Positions 29,879-38,772 of a DNA stretch of 64,000 nt are shown here, piece by piece. The notes under the pieces were generated by a model. It was not told where the DNA came from and searched no databases. It saw nothing but the letters and a program-made list of their open reading frames with translations. The first letter of the stretch is position 1; every line of letters starts with the position of its first letter. Location: the IMG/VR virus record IMGVR_UViG_3300028805_000054. One strand, 5' to 3'. The translations under genes were made by a program, and so were the position numbers. Source of the DNA: an uncultured virus (IMG/VR IMGVR_UViG_3300028805_000054) (lineage: Duplodnaviria; Heunggongvirae; Uroviricota; Caudoviricetes).

Positions 29879-29922
29879 AGAAAAATGAACAGATAAAGAT
29901 TAGCTCTCCTATCTGTCATTCT

Positions 29923-30381
29923 TTAATAATTATCTCCTCCATATATTTTGTGCTCAGCACATGTTTCTAATACAATTTTCTGAGTATAACTATAAGTACC
30001 GTCCCCAAGAAGTTTTAATTCTGGTTCGGCCACTATGTAATTAAATCTATCGTGATCATTTATTATCTTTGATAGACGGTGAAATTTTCTTATATTACTA
30101 GAATAATCTCCTAGAATATGAGTGTCTCCACCAGAAGGTCCGTCCTCATATAAATATCCCTGTCTCACCTCTTTTTCAAAATTATCAACTATCTTTTGAC
30201 TTGATGGCATAAGAGTTTTATAATCCTTTTGGAAAGTTGAAGTCTTCTGGATAATTCTTTTTGATATTACATCTGGTCTCTTCATTATTTCCTCATCCAT
30301 CTCGAACCTATCTTTCTTAACTGGCATAGGATCTCTCCTAAATATCTTTTGAAGGAAATTTAATTTTCTTAGTATAATCAT
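29923..30381 (-). CDS. RelE/YoeB-like ribonuclease toxin fold with leader-like N-terminus
   Basis: TFQKDYKTL...GDTHIL...RLSKIINDHDRFNYIV resembles the Txe/YoeB pattern. Confidence 0.55.
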   Translation of the reverse strand: MIILRKLNFLQKIFRRDPMPVKKDRFEMDEEIMKRPDVISKRIIQKTSTFQKDYKTLMPSSQKIVDNFEKEVRQGYLYEDGPSGGDTHILGDYSSNIRKFHRLSKIINDHDRFNYIVAEPELKLLGDGTYSYTQKIVLETCAEHKIYGGDNY

Positions 30382-30384
30382 AAT

Positions 30385-30609
30385 TTAGTCTCCTCCCTCG
30401 TAATAATCACTAAATAGCCACTTCTCCTCGTCCGTCCAGTCCGAAAAAGATTTTATTTTTAACTTTGAGACGTCTCCTTTGTAATGTCTCCTTGCTAACT
30501 CTTTCTTTACATCAATCACATATTCTTCTTGACCCTCTACATCTTCCGGAACTTCAATCCATCTTTTTGTTGCATGATCAAATACCTTAACAAATTTTAT
30601 TTTATCCAT
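30385..30609 (-). CDS. Small acidic protein upstream of toxin-like gene; paralog of 24187-24432
   Basis: 74 aa; 3-nt gap to toxin gene; own CCTTAT promoter core at ~30640. Confidence 0.6.
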   Translation of the reverse strand: MDKIKFVKVFDHATKRWIEVPEDVEGQEEYVIDVKKELARRHYKGDVSKLKIKSFSDWTDEEKWLFSDYYEGGD

Positions 30610-30680
30610 ATTATTATAAAAATTTTATTAAATTCTCACCTATAAGGCTTTCCGTGCTAATCTTTATCCATTCTTATAGC

Positions 30681-30736
30681 TCCTGAGGCCTAATCGAATA
30701 GTAGATACAGGGCTTCTTTCCCTTATCACCTCAGGA
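30681..30736. repeat. Structured dispersed repeat, copy 2
   Basis: TCCTGAGG..CCTCAGGA stem enclosing CCTAATCGAATAGTA. Confidence 0.7.
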
Positions 30737-30751
30737 TATCGAGTTTTGCAG

Positions 30752-31003
30752 TCACATTGTTTTTTCAATTCGTTTGGCAAAATCGGAGTCACTTAGTCTA
30801 TTTCTTTCAGTTCGGCTAAGTCTCTTTTTGAAAGCAACCTCATCGTTAACAACCTTTTCGGGATGTTCTGTGATTACCGTTTTCTCTAAGTTGCTCTTTA
30901 AGAAATTACGCTGTTTTTGCCTCACTCCTTTCAATCTCTTTTCGGCTAACTCTAAAGCATGTTTATCTCTAAGAACTTTTCCGAATAAACGTTGGATAAT
31001 CAT
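30752..31003 (-). CDS. Leader-family basic small protein
   Basis: MIIQRLFG start. Confidence 0.65.
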   Translation of the reverse strand: MIIQRLFGKVLRDKHALELAEKRLKGVRQKQRNFLKSNLEKTVITEHPEKVVNDEVAFKKRLSRTERNRLSDSDFAKRIEKTM

Positions 31004-31620
31004 TTCTTTTCTTCTTTTTTGGCTTTCTTTTTGTCAGCCAGTTTCTTAGCTCCAATACCAGCTGCCACCACACCGCCAGTAGCTAAAGCAATCTTACCAC
31101 CTTTCTTCAGGTTTTTCTTAAGTTGTTCGCCAGCATCCTTTTTAGCTCTCAGTTCAGCAGCTTTGGCTTCATGTTTAGCAATAGAGACTTTAGAGTCTTC
31201 AGCTTTCTTTTTAGCCGCCTCTTTTGCTTCCTTTAATGGTTTAGCCCTTTCTGACAGATTCTCCTTATATTTTTTCATACCCTCTTCCGTCATTTTATCG
31301 GCCAATTTATCCCCTTTTTGAAAAAGACGATAACTATTCTTCCCAGACTTTATTTGTCCAGACTCTTCTACCGGATTCTTTTTGAAAGCAGTCTTTTGAA
31401 GTTTATCTAAATCCTTTCCCCTTTTCTTGGCTGTTTTCTTTGTACCCTTATCTACTTTTAAAATAATACTAGCAGAATTAAGAGCGTTTGTTGATTCTCC
31501 AAGAGGACTTAAGGGAGTCCCACCACGTTTGTAATATTTTCTGAGTCTGGCTTTCTGTGTTTTTGAGTTAAACTCTCTTTGCTCTATCTCAGAGAATGTT
31601 TTTTGTCTTTTTATAATCAT
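31000..31620 (-). CDS. Leader-family Lys-rich glycine-zipper protein
   Basis: MIIKRQKTFS start; C-terminus nearly identical to the 15267 protein. Confidence 0.75.
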   Translation of the reverse strand: MIIKRQKTFSEIEQREFNSKTQKARLRKYYKRGGTPLSPLGESTNALNSASIILKVDKGTKKTAKKRGKDLDKLQKTAFKKNPVEESGQIKSGKNSYRLFQKGDKLADKMTEEGMKKYKENLSERAKPLKEAKEAAKKKAEDSKVSIAKHEAKAAELRAKKDAGEQLKKNLKKGGKIALATGGVVAAGIGAKKLADKKKAKKEEKK

Positions 31621-31698
31621 ATATCTTAAATTATAATTTAATTTTTACCACCTAAAATCGTCTAAACGCCTTATATATATATATAAATATATAATATT

Positions 31699-32076
31699 AT
31701 GGTAAGAACAAGACATAATAAAGAGGCATGCAATTGCGATTTGTGTGGCAGAGACATGTCTAGTACTACAGAAGAATTAGTACTAAACTCTAAAATTTGG
31801 GCAGATATTTGTAATAGATTTAACAATAAAAATAAACCTAAAGATACTCTATTGTGCCCAAAATGTATTGAAAAGTTATTAGGCAGATCCCCTACCATCA
31901 AAGACTTGACTAGTAATATATCAGGAACAATATTTCCTATAAATTATTGGTATCTAAAAAAGAACGGTATAGACACGAATGAATTTGAAAGGAGACATAG
32001 AGAGTGGAACAGTACACAGCCTAGATATAAAGCTATATATAAAAATGGTAGGATCTTATCATTAAAAGAGGATTAG
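31699..32076 (+). CDS. Zn-finger hypothetical protein
   Basis: CDLC...CPKC. Confidence 0.6.
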   Translation: MVRTRHNKEACNCDLCGRDMSSTTEELVLNSKIWADICNRFNNKNKPKDTLLCPKCIEKLLGRSPTIKDLTSNISGTIFPINYWYLKKNGIDTNEFERRHREWNSTQPRYKAIYKNGRILSLKED

Positions 32077-32266
32077 TTTATCTAATTCTCTTTTTTTTAT
32101 TAATAAAAAGATAGGTTGGATTCTTGAAGACCGGGAAATAGTTGAGAGCAGATTCCCTACACCACCTTATCCTCCAATCCCAAGATCCCAATCCTATCCC
32201 GAAAGTAAAAATATTAACCTCGACTTGTATATTACTTTCATCGTACGAGTTTTATCTTGTACTCAT

Positions 32267-32310
32267 ACTTATATAAGGAAGTGTGACATTTTTTTGGTAT
32301 TTTTGTGGGC
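32267..32310 (-). promoter_or_regulatory. Extended phage promoter element, copy 4
   Basis: Same consensus and spacing as the other copies. Confidence 0.75.
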
Positions 32311-32499
32311 CAATTTTCATGTTTTAACTGAAAAAGAACATTTTTGTAATGAAATGAAGAAAATGTGAAGATTCTGTTCCGTTTTGGTCTTTTTGATGAA
32401 TTAGCAGTTATTATAATGAAAATGAGAGGGCATGGAATAGCTCTCTTTTATTTTTTGTCCTCGAAATCCTTATACATAGAATAATGATTAAATTAAAAA

Positions 32500-32823
32500 A
32501 TGAAAAAGTATTATAAGATATACTATTATCAAACAGTAGAAAAAGTAGGAGATGAACTTGAAACTTTTACTTATCATCATATTCAACTAGAAACTATTAT
32601 TCTTAAGGTCAAATCTCCATGGCCGGGAAGTATATTAAAAGGTGAGGTTTCTGTGTTAAGACCTGATATTGGATTCCTTACAAAACTTCCAAGCTTTTAT
32701 TATAAATTAGAACTTAAAGAATACTTGGAGAAAATTAACACTAGTGAAGAAATAAACTCAAATGTTAAATATTTATTAAAGAATGTAGAACATGAGCTTG
32801 AAAGAATTAGTGAAAAAGGTTGA
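32500..32823 (+). CDS. Hypothetical protein, paralog of 39038-39349
   Basis: Shared FTYH.IQLETIILKVKSP.PGSIL. Confidence 0.7.
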   Translation: MKKYYKIYYYQTVEKVGDELETFTYHHIQLETIILKVKSPWPGSILKGEVSVLRPDIGFLTKLPSFYYKLELKEYLEKINTSEEINSNVKYLLKNVEHELERISEKG

Positions 32824-33340
32824 AGGCGAATTTAGGATAAGTCAAGTTAAGGATCTAGAATTTTCATTCATCAAGGAAATAACTGAAGGGTGGAATTTAG
32901 TGGCTGAAGATAAAGAAAATTGGAAAAGTAATGATCTGGTATCTTATGGTTGGAAAATCAGAAGTATAGAAAGATTATATGCCTCTGAACATCAAGACTA
33001 TATTCCAATCATGAATCGCTCTCTTCTTTCATACTTAGAGAAAATACCAAGAAGAAATGTTGTTATAAAAACTAAGGAGAGATTAAGAAGAAAAGGATTC
33101 ACGGAAGAAGAAATTGCTGAAGTTGAAGAATATGCTAGAAGAAAACTTGGATATTGTAGAAAATCATGGGAATCTGATTTTGAAGTAGGACAGAATTTTA
33201 AGGTTTATCTATTTTTCTATGAAGATCTTCCTAGTTTCTTCTACCGTGAACAAAAAGATGATGGAATTTTATGGTTTAGAATTTCTGGGGTTAATAATGA
33301 TGGGATTTATGTTAGATGTATAGATATTAAGTTAGATTAA
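32792..33340 (+). CDS. Hypothetical protein
   Basis: 182-aa ORF overlapping upstream gene. Confidence 0.65.
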   Translation: MSLKELVKKVEGEFRISQVKDLEFSFIKEITEGWNLVAEDKENWKSNDLVSYGWKIRSIERLYASEHQDYIPIMNRSLLSYLEKIPRRNVVIKTKERLRRKGFTEEEIAEVEEYARRKLGYCRKSWESDFEVGQNFKVYLFFYEDLPSFFYREQKDDGILWFRISGVNNDGIYVRCIDIKLD

Positions 33341-33409
33341 AGAGAGGTTACAAACTTCTCTTTTTATTTCATTCTTATTTTCCTTATATATGTTAAATGA
33401 GTTTTTACT

Positions 33410-33667
33410 ATGAATGAAGAAAGATTAGTAGAGATTGGTGAAAAGAAGTTGAGATTCACTAAGTTGGAGAATATAGGAGAGACCGAGTTAATATGTGATA
33501 CTAGATGCCCATATTCAAAGAACTGTTTTGAATTCCCGGACCCTAGAGGAATAGAGGGATCTTGTTTTGAGGATTTCTGTGCTTGTGAATTAGATTTATA
33601 TGTTGATCAGGAAGAAGCTAATTGTTTGGTTCCTGCTTTAGGGTCTTTGGAGATGCTAAAAAGTTAA
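33410..33667 (+). CDS. Cys-rich small protein, paralog of 38773-39060
   Basis: ELIC..RC.Y..NC..FPDPR...DFC..ELD...GSLE. Confidence 0.7.
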   Translation: MNEERLVEIGEKKLRFTKLENIGETELICDTRCPYSKNCFEFPDPRGIEGSCFEDFCACELDLYVDQEEANCLVPALGSLEMLKS

Positions 33668-33777
33668 CCGCCCCAGAAAGGCTAAAACCCTTATATATGT
33701 AATAGAAATGTACCTAAAGGAGCGGAAGAATTTAGGAGTTTCATTACATTTATTTTTTAACAAAAGAAGATAAAAGT

Positions 33778-34110
33778 ATGAATAATAAAGAATTAGCATT
33801 ACTCAGTATTATATGTTCTGGTATCATAAGTGTTATAGCCACTAACAAAATCATAGATTATTGGGAAAAGCAGAAAAGAAAAAGAGAGTTAAGAAAGTAT
33901 ATTATAGATAGACTCTACAATGAAGAAGGAAATCTAGAAAAATATTACAATGATTATCTAGAGAATAAAGGTTACATTTATGGCATAAATATAAAAAGAG
34001 AAAACTTAAATAAATTTTCGGAAGAAAAACTTAAAACTATTAAGATTGTGGTTGATTATATATTGGCCGAAAGATATGCAATTAGAAGAGTAAAAGAAAG
34101 GGAATTATAA
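33778..34110 (+). CDS. Hypothetical protein with N-terminal membrane anchor
   Basis: Hydrophobic N-terminus. Confidence 0.6.
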   Translation: MNNKELALLSIICSGIISVIATNKIIDYWEKQKRKRELRKYIIDRLYNEEGNLEKYYNDYLENKGYIYGINIKRENLNKFSEEKLKTIKIVVDYILAERYAIRRVKEREL

Positions 34111-34163
34111 ACTCTCTTTCTTTTTTCGTTCCTCAATTCCTTATACATGTAAAAATAAAAGAT

Positions 34164-34625
34164 ATGAAAGATTATAGAAATTTATTAAACATTAAATCAC
34201 AGAAACCAGCCGGAAAGAAAAATACATTAAAGGTTTGGATGAAGTGGGATTCTAATGATGCAGATTATATTGAGAAGACTGAGGAAATAAATCCTGAAAT
34301 TTTGTTTGGTAATAAAAAGCTGATCTATTGCTTGGCCTATATCACTCTGCCCTACAATTTCAAAGGAGCTGATTGGAATGATGCTGCGTTTTGCCATCAC
34401 ATTCCAGATAATACTGATATAAAGGGGTTATATGATATTCTGGCAGATAACGGTTTTATGATTTATTCAGATTGGGGAGAATGTCATTCATATAAGGGGC
34501 TAAAAATAACCTATTACAATGAAGAAGGAAAACCATTTGATGTAGAGTTCGGAGATATTTATAAGAGATGGGCGAAAATGACATATGAAGAAATTTGTAA
34601 AGAAATAAATGAGACTAAAGAATAA
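34164..34625 (+). CDS. Hypothetical protein
   Basis: 153-aa ORF after a CCTTATACATG core. Confidence 0.65.
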   Translation: MKDYRNLLNIKSQKPAGKKNTLKVWMKWDSNDADYIEKTEEINPEILFGNKKLIYCLAYITLPYNFKGADWNDAAFCHHIPDNTDIKGLYDILADNGFMIYSDWGECHSYKGLKITYYNEEGKPFDVEFGDIYKRWAKMTYEEICKEINETKE

Positions 34626-34656
34626 AAGGAAGGTAAATTAAATACCCTCCTTTCTT

Positions 34657-35670
34657 TTATTTTTTATCAAGTAGTTCAAATCCTGCTTTTTTATCCTTTG
34701 TCATAAGATCTTTAAGGACAAAATATTCTCCTAAATCAGATGCTTTAGCCGTTTTCTGATAATCCAACCTTTCGTATAGGTTTTTCAGTGTAATTTTAAT
34801 ATCAGATTTAGCATATCGGTTTCCAACCTTAAATAATCGATATATTTCATCCTTAACTTGATCTTCCTTCTGACTATTTCCACTAAGTTTTGTAATCTCC
34901 CGTTTAATTTCAGCTTCATTATATCTATGTGCCCGAATTCCATCAAAACCTAAAAAGTCATAATAATCCTTATATTTATCCGGAATTAAACTAAAAAATG
35001 CAACCAGTTCATCCTCTGTTAGCTTATCCTCGTCTTCACCAAGATTTACAATAGATTTAAGCTTAATTTCTTCATTCTTGAGATTATTAAACTCTATTGA
35101 AAGCTTTCTAATATTATTATCTATATTCTCTAAATTTGTCTTAGACTCTATATATTTCTTAACATCATCCTCTATTAATCTATATACGATACAAGCATTA
35201 CTAATCTGCTTTTTCGGACTATAACATTTTAAACTCTCAGTGATTTCTTCTCTTTTCAGTTGTTTATTAGATATATCCAATTCTTTATAATGTTCCTGAA
35301 GAATATAATCCACTAACCAGGGGCATACTGAATATCTTTTACTAGATTTTATAGTTAATGTAGAAAGTTTATTCATGAGTTTTTCTGTAGTATCATATGT
35401 ATCAAAGAAATCAATAACTTTAGGGCAATATTCTAGATATTCCCTGCCAAACAATATGCAATCTTTGAAATATTGCTTAAGTTTTGATTCATCATCTAAA
35501 GTAAAATCACCCTCATATAAATGCAACACTTCAACAGTTCTATGATATTGACCATAACCATATTTATTTCTGCTTTCTTTGAAATCTTTAGAATAACCGA
35601 TCTTTACCATATAACCTAACTTCCTATTCTCATCCATCTGAGGTAATAAAATAACATATAAGTTTGTCAT
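34657..35670 (-). CDS. GIY-YIG (T5orf172/MUG113-like) nuclease fused to the helicase-type C-terminal domain
   Basis: LYVI...VKIGYS.D...R...E..L...F; C-terminal EIYRLFKVGNRY...KTAKASDL. Confidence 0.7.
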   Translation of the reverse strand: MTNLYVILLPQMDENRKLGYMVKIGYSKDFKESRNKYGYGQYHRTVEVLHLYEGDFTLDDESKLKQYFKDCILFGREYLEYCPKVIDFFDTYDTTEKLMNKLSTLTIKSSKRYSVCPWLVDYILQEHYKELDISNKQLKREEITESLKCYSPKKQISNACIVYRLIEDDVKKYIESKTNLENIDNNIRKLSIEFNNLKNEEIKLKSIVNLGEDEDKLTEDELVAFFSLIPDKYKDYYDFLGFDGIRAHRYNEAEIKREITKLSGNSQKEDQVKDEIYRLFKVGNRYAKSDIKITLKNLYERLDYQKTAKASDLGEYFVLKDLMTKDKKAGFELLDKK

Positions 35671-35744
35671 AATACATTAAAATTTAAAATAAGAGAATAG
35701 TAATTATATTCTATTACGTTTATATAATCACTATCCTCTTTTGT

Positions 35745-37832
35745 TTATTGTTTTTCTAAGATTTCTACTCCATGTTTCTTATCTGAAGTATAAACCTTCT
35801 TTACCTTGAAATATTGTTCAAGATCTGATGCTTTCGCCGTTTTTTCATATTCAAGACGTTCATAAATCCCCTTTAAGGTTGATTTAATATCTTTATTGGT
35901 ATACCGATTGCCAATTTTGAATAATCGATATATTTCTTCCTTCAGCTGATCTTCTTTATGACTATTCCCACTAAGACTATCAAGTTTTCTTTTAACATAT
36001 GATTCCTGACATTTACAAGCTTTAATTCCATCAAATCCCAGAATATCATAGTACTCTTTATACTTACGTGGAATATAACTAAAGAAAAGGTCTAACTCAT
36101 CATTTGTTAGTTCCTCACCATCTTCTTTACAATCACCTAAAGCCACAATGAATCGAAGTTTAGAAACGACATCCTTTAGCTCCTTAAACTTATCTGCCAA
36201 CTCACAAATAGGCTTATTAATCTCTCCAGTAAGCCCTTTTGATTGAATTGTATTAATCACTGTAAAACGATCCGCATAATCTGTCTGTTGCATCTCAAAG
36301 GCTCTAATCTCTGAAACCTGCATTAGACGATTGAATACTGGGACCATATCTTTACCCATATGTTCATTAACAGCTACATAATCATCCTTATAGTGAAATG
36401 TTTTAGCCAACTTCTGATATGCCTCTGCTAAATTATGCTTATCCTCAAAAGATACAGAACTGTAAGATCTAAGAAGAGATATTGTTTTTCCCTCTTTCTC
36501 ATCCAACCTGGCTTTAAATTCTTCCCAGGTTGTTTTAAGATTAGCCCTTGTCGTTTTTACAAACATAGTAGCATGATTTTTCCAGGGATTTTCTTTAAGA
36601 CGCTGACGACCTAATATCTGCTCTAAGTCCATACTGATATCGACCGAAAGACATTCAATATTACTGTCACTAAAAATGAAAGTTCTAGCGCAATCCGAAT
36701 AGAAATCAGCACCTAAATAAACAGTGCGGGTACAGAAGGTAAACATTTTATGATCTTCTCCTCTTCTAGGTATTTTCCCTATAACAGGGCCTTTGAGCAA
36801 TTCAGGATCTTTAATTCCCTCCTGTTCAGCCTTCTTCTTAATTACATAGTTAAAGGCATCTCTTACTTGTTTTTCATTTTCAGTTCTCTTGGCACATAGA
36901 ATATTACACTGATCTATACTCAAGTTGTTTGTTGTAATAGCTTTGCAAATACCAGCTACTGAATTCAAAAAGAATACTGCCTCATCAGATTGAAAATTCC
37001 AGATCCTACCTACATCATCTTTTATATGAGCAATCTCAAAGTCTCCGGCCAAATAACTCTGTATAACCTTCGAGATACTAGCATTCAAGGACTTTGTTGT
37101 AAACTTAATATCAAGCTTAGGTTTTACAACCCTTCCAGGATCCATTGTTTTCCAGTCAAACTCATAATAGGGAAGATTACAGAATTCGGGGAGCATCTCT
37201 AAGTACTTATCTAGCATTGGAGTAGCTGATACAAAACACACTCTCTTAAGATCCCTAAGATTATTGACAAGTTCTAATTCAGCATCAGATTTAAATCTAG
37301 CATCAATAAAGATACTCTGAAATTCGTCTACTACAATTTGAAAATTTCTAATCTGACCTTTCAATGCCTCCTTAACATGCCTGAAAGAATCATAAGTAAC
37401 CATAATTTTAACTGGCTTACCCCAGACTCTACATTTTGCAACATGTTCAATCACCTTAAATTTTAGTTCCTCAATAGATTCCCTCTTTTTATCAGGATCT
37501 ACTTCTTTGTTTGACTTTCGATCCTCCCTATCCACATTGGTCTCATAATCCGTAATAACTTCCGTTTTATTCTCGGCATAGTAAATATTAGGGTCCATTA
37601 AATGTTGACCAAGCTTATTCTCTAAAAGGAATTTTCTTGGAGATATCAATACTAAATCCTGATCATTAGTAAGACAATACTCTGTATAGCCACATCCTGT
37701 AAGAACTTTGTTGACTATATGTGGAAAATCATAGTCCTCTAGATTATAACTATGTTCTTTTCCAAAATATTTTTCCCAATCCCCTAAATATTCAATTCCA
37801 TAGGGTACTACAATAGGTTTTTCTTTTTTCAT
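35745..37832 (-). CDS. SF2 helicase-like protein (possible origin-binding/replication protein), copy 1
   Basis: TGCGYT (atypical Walker A), SPR, TYDSF, VVDEFQ, SATP, FCTRTVYLGADF, QILGRQR. Confidence 0.8.
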   Translation of the reverse strand: MKKEKPIVVPYGIEYLGDWEKYFGKEHSYNLEDYDFPHIVNKVLTGCGYTEYCLTNDQDLVLISPRKFLLENKLGQHLMDPNIYYAENKTEVITDYETNVDREDRKSNKEVDPDKKRESIEELKFKVIEHVAKCRVWGKPVKIMVTYDSFRHVKEALKGQIRNFQIVVDEFQSIFIDARFKSDAELELVNNLRDLKRVCFVSATPMLDKYLEMLPEFCNLPYYEFDWKTMDPGRVVKPKLDIKFTTKSLNASISKVIQSYLAGDFEIAHIKDDVGRIWNFQSDEAVFFLNSVAGICKAITTNNLSIDQCNILCAKRTENEKQVRDAFNYVIKKKAEQEGIKDPELLKGPVIGKIPRRGEDHKMFTFCTRTVYLGADFYSDCARTFIFSDSNIECLSVDISMDLEQILGRQRLKENPWKNHATMFVKTTRANLKTTWEEFKARLDEKEGKTISLLRSYSSVSFEDKHNLAEAYQKLAKTFHYKDDYVAVNEHMGKDMVPVFNRLMQVSEIRAFEMQQTDYADRFTVINTIQSKGLTGEINKPICELADKFKELKDVVSKLRFIVALGDCKEDGEELTNDELDLFFSYIPRKYKEYYDILGFDGIKACKCQESYVKRKLDSLSGNSHKEDQLKEEIYRLFKIGNRYTNKDIKSTLKGIYERLEYEKTAKASDLEQYFKVKKVYTSDKKHGVEILEKQ

Positions 37833-37867
37833 ATAATATCATCAAATAACTGAGAGCCCTTAAACAG

Positions 37868-37940
37868 GTCTCTCGTAAAATCCACTGACGTGTATTTTAA
37901 AACCGTCAGCTCCTCTTTCTTATATTCACATTCATAAGGA
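37868..37940 (-). promoter_or_regulatory. Promoter core plus conserved 5'-leader hairpin of helicase cassette 1
   Basis: TCCTTATGAATG then GAGCTGACGGTTTTAAAATACACGTCAGTGGATTTTACGAGAGAC; conserved at 53798-53890. Confidence 0.7.
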
Positions 37941-38039
37941 ATTCGAGTCTTCTGAACGGAGTTTTTTGCATTTAAACTTCTAGTATGGAGCCATCCCCAA
38001 TAGGAATATAGTAAAATGGAAAAATTGCAAATCACTGTC

Positions 38040-38740
38040 TAGAAAATTAAGCCATATTCCCACACACTTTTCTTTCTTGCCTTCGGCGTAGTCTTTAGTG
38101 TGTATTAGTTCATGGCTTGAGGGAAAGACAGTGATAAGGAAAACCAGCCAGAAAGAGAGCGTTATGTGGGTGGGCAAAGTATAATAAAATCTCGCCTCCG
38201 GCAAAGAAGAACATACTTTGGGTGGCACATAACAAAAACGGTCTGGCTGGGAAATAATTCAACTAGAGAAGATATTATGTGCCACCCCAAACGTATTAGA
38301 TTTATTCCTTCGGAGAAAAGATGACCACGTTTGAACCCACCCACATAATGAAAATCCTAGTTGTCTTATCTTTCTGCCTTTCATAAGATCAAGCTATAAG
38401 AGAATACACAAGATGGCGTAAAGCCCTTGTGTGAATGGTCATAGCTTTTTCAAGATCAAGGCAGGAGTTATCCTTAAAGAGATTACAGATATATTCAGGT
38501 TTTCTTCAATTGAGAGTGAAACGAAAAATTGAAGAGAGATGAAGGGTCCAACATTTTTGTGATAGCAAAAATAGCGTAGCGGGTTGTGGCTCTGGGGAGG
38601 CTTCATCTCATCTTTTTACATTATGCGTAAGCGAATATAATGTGATAGCCTTTATGATAACAAGAGAGAACAAAAAGAAAGACCTCCTCGATTCACTACG
38701 TTCATCTCGGGGGGTCAGACTCTCAACTGGTCAAAAAAAG
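38040..38740. other. Highly structured non-coding region (candidate origin or ncRNA)
   Basis: Nested inverted repeats at 38133-38370; several TACGC/TACGT motifs; no credible ORF. Confidence 0.55.
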
Positions 38741-38772
38741 AGTGGGAATTTAATCTTCCACCCTAATTAACT

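Noticed and set aside
37829..38344. Short ORFs 37829-38035, 37980-38228, 38162-38344
   Set aside because: Overlap conserved non-coding and structured elements; not protein-like
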